DNA from: Macrostomum lignano | Taxonomy: Eukaryota | Assembly: GCA_002269645.1 (NCBI GenBank) | Contig: NIVC01001317.1 | Location: forward strand, 186,001 to 250,000 | DNA: 64,000 nt | Direction: 5' to 3' | Shown: in pieces, positions 62,930 through 64,000 of the stretch | Position numbering within the stretch: the first letter of the stretch is position 1 | Layout of the letters: every line of letters begins with the position of its first letter | Translations under genes and position numbers: made by a program | The notes under the pieces: generated by a model | What the model was told of the DNA's origin: nothing | Seen by the model: only the letters and a program-made list of their open reading frames with translations | Database searches by the model: none

Positions 62930-64000
62930 GTGCTGGGGAGAATTACTGAGACGTCAAGGCTCACAGAGAATAACTGAGATTACAGGTGGGGGGGGTTTCT
63001 GAGATGTCAAAGCAAAAGTCAGAAGCTACTTCAAAGTTCATGTACTTTACTCAATTTTTATTACATTCATTGTTGGCTCGCCACAGGGGGGGCGCTGATA
63101 GAAGCAGAGTCATGTAAAAAATAAAAGTAGCACTATGTATAGATATAAGAAAAGTCATGTCGAAGTTAAAAGATTCATTTGGGAATTGCTACAATGTCAA
63201 AGCTTGGTGGAAATCGTTATAGTGCTGTGATTCTTAAAGAAGGAATCACTAAAATGTCAAGGCTTAGGGGAGAAGAATTGCTGAGATTTCAAGGCTTTAG
63301 GTTGGGTTAAAGTTAGGTTTAGGTCAGGTGTGGGTTGAGGGTTATATTTTATCGGGTTTCAAGGTTAACAGGGGATTTTTTAGATTTCAAGATTTATGGG
63401 GGGCATCGCTGACATGTCAAGGCTTACGGGGGGAATAGCTGAGATGTCAAGGCTCACGGGGGTATAAATGAGATTTCAAGGCTAAAGTCAGAAGCTACAT
63501 GTAGTTTAATGAAAACTTTTTATTACATTTTTTGTTGGCTCCTCAGGGCTCACTGATAGAAAAAGCATAATGTAAAAAATAAAAAAGAAGCTTCATGTCG
63601 AATTTAAGAGATTCATTTGGGAATCCCTACGATGTCGAGGCTTGCAGGGAATCGCTATAACGCTGTAGTAGTGCTATAATGACTCAGAATTACTGAAATT
63701 TCAATGCTTTAGGGTTAGGTTAGGGTTAGGGTTAGGGTTAGGGTTAGGCTAGGGTTAGGGTTAGGGTTAGGGTTAGGCTAGGGTTAGGGTTAGGGTTAGG
63801 CTAGGGTTAGGGTTAGAAGGTTAACAGATTTTTTTAGACTTCAAGGCTTATTTGGGGCATCGCTGAGATGTCAAGGGGGGAGTTGATTTGTTAAAGCTTG
63901 TGGGGGGAATTACTGACATTTCAAGGCTTACAAGGGACTTCTGAGGTATATTGCAAAGAGATGCTACATGTAGTTTATTACAAAACTTGTACTGTATTTT
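62930..64000. repeat. Composite ~410-470 bp repeat (at least 2 diverged copies) built from ~30-bp GAGATGTCAAGGCT..GGGG subunits, 23-bp satellite monomers and a telomeric tract
   Basis: AAGTCAGAAGCTAC at 63016/63485, GATTCATTTGGGA at ~63172/63610, GGCATCGCTGA.ATGTCAAG at ~63402/63856 and GCTACATGTAGTTTA at ~63494/63963. Confidence 0.75.
63709..63816 (+). repeat. Interstitial telomeric repeat (TTAGGG)~18 with TTAGG/CTAGGG variants
   Basis: Read directly; non-telomeric sequence follows, so it is not a chromosome end. Confidence 0.95.

Noticed and set aside
63709-63816. True chromosome end
   Set aside because: The tract is only ~108 bp and is followed by more of the composite repeat.

Overview
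Animal (metazoan) genomic DNA, not prokaryotic: GT-AG spliced genes with GC-rich codons sit as islands among tandem repeats that I estimate by hand at about 27 kb (~43%) of the window. The style (GC3-rich exons, dense 10-60 bp minisatellites, TTAGGG repeats) resembles a free-living flatworm such as Macrostomum, but that is inference only. Four protein-coding genes are well supported. (1) A 3-exon, 7-cadherin-repeat delta-type protocadherin (+, 32931-37858). (2) A 3-exon secreted, probably GPI-anchored glycerophosphodiester phosphodiesterase of the bacterial GlpQ/plant GDPD6 type (-, 41541-39112). (3) A TNFAIP8/TIPE-family gene (+, main exon 48293-48921, probable start micro-exon 47123-47138). 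(4) A KChIP/neuronal calcium sensor with an uninterrupted CDS (+, 55204-55824). There is also a decayed Penelope-like retroelement RT fragment inside a satellite (42721-43622), about 30 distinct tandem arrays (several with higher-order structure), interstitial telomeric repeats, and a possible Helitron-like end. Nearly all other long ORFs in the track are repeat artefacts or antisense shadows of the genes. The most interesting signal is that many arrays look like local, site-seeded expansions of unique sequence. Removing them at their terminal direct repeats restores 58- and 71-nt introns, an exon-like unit, and the TNFAIP8 stop/3'UTR junction. No CRISPR, tRNA or rRNA is supported.
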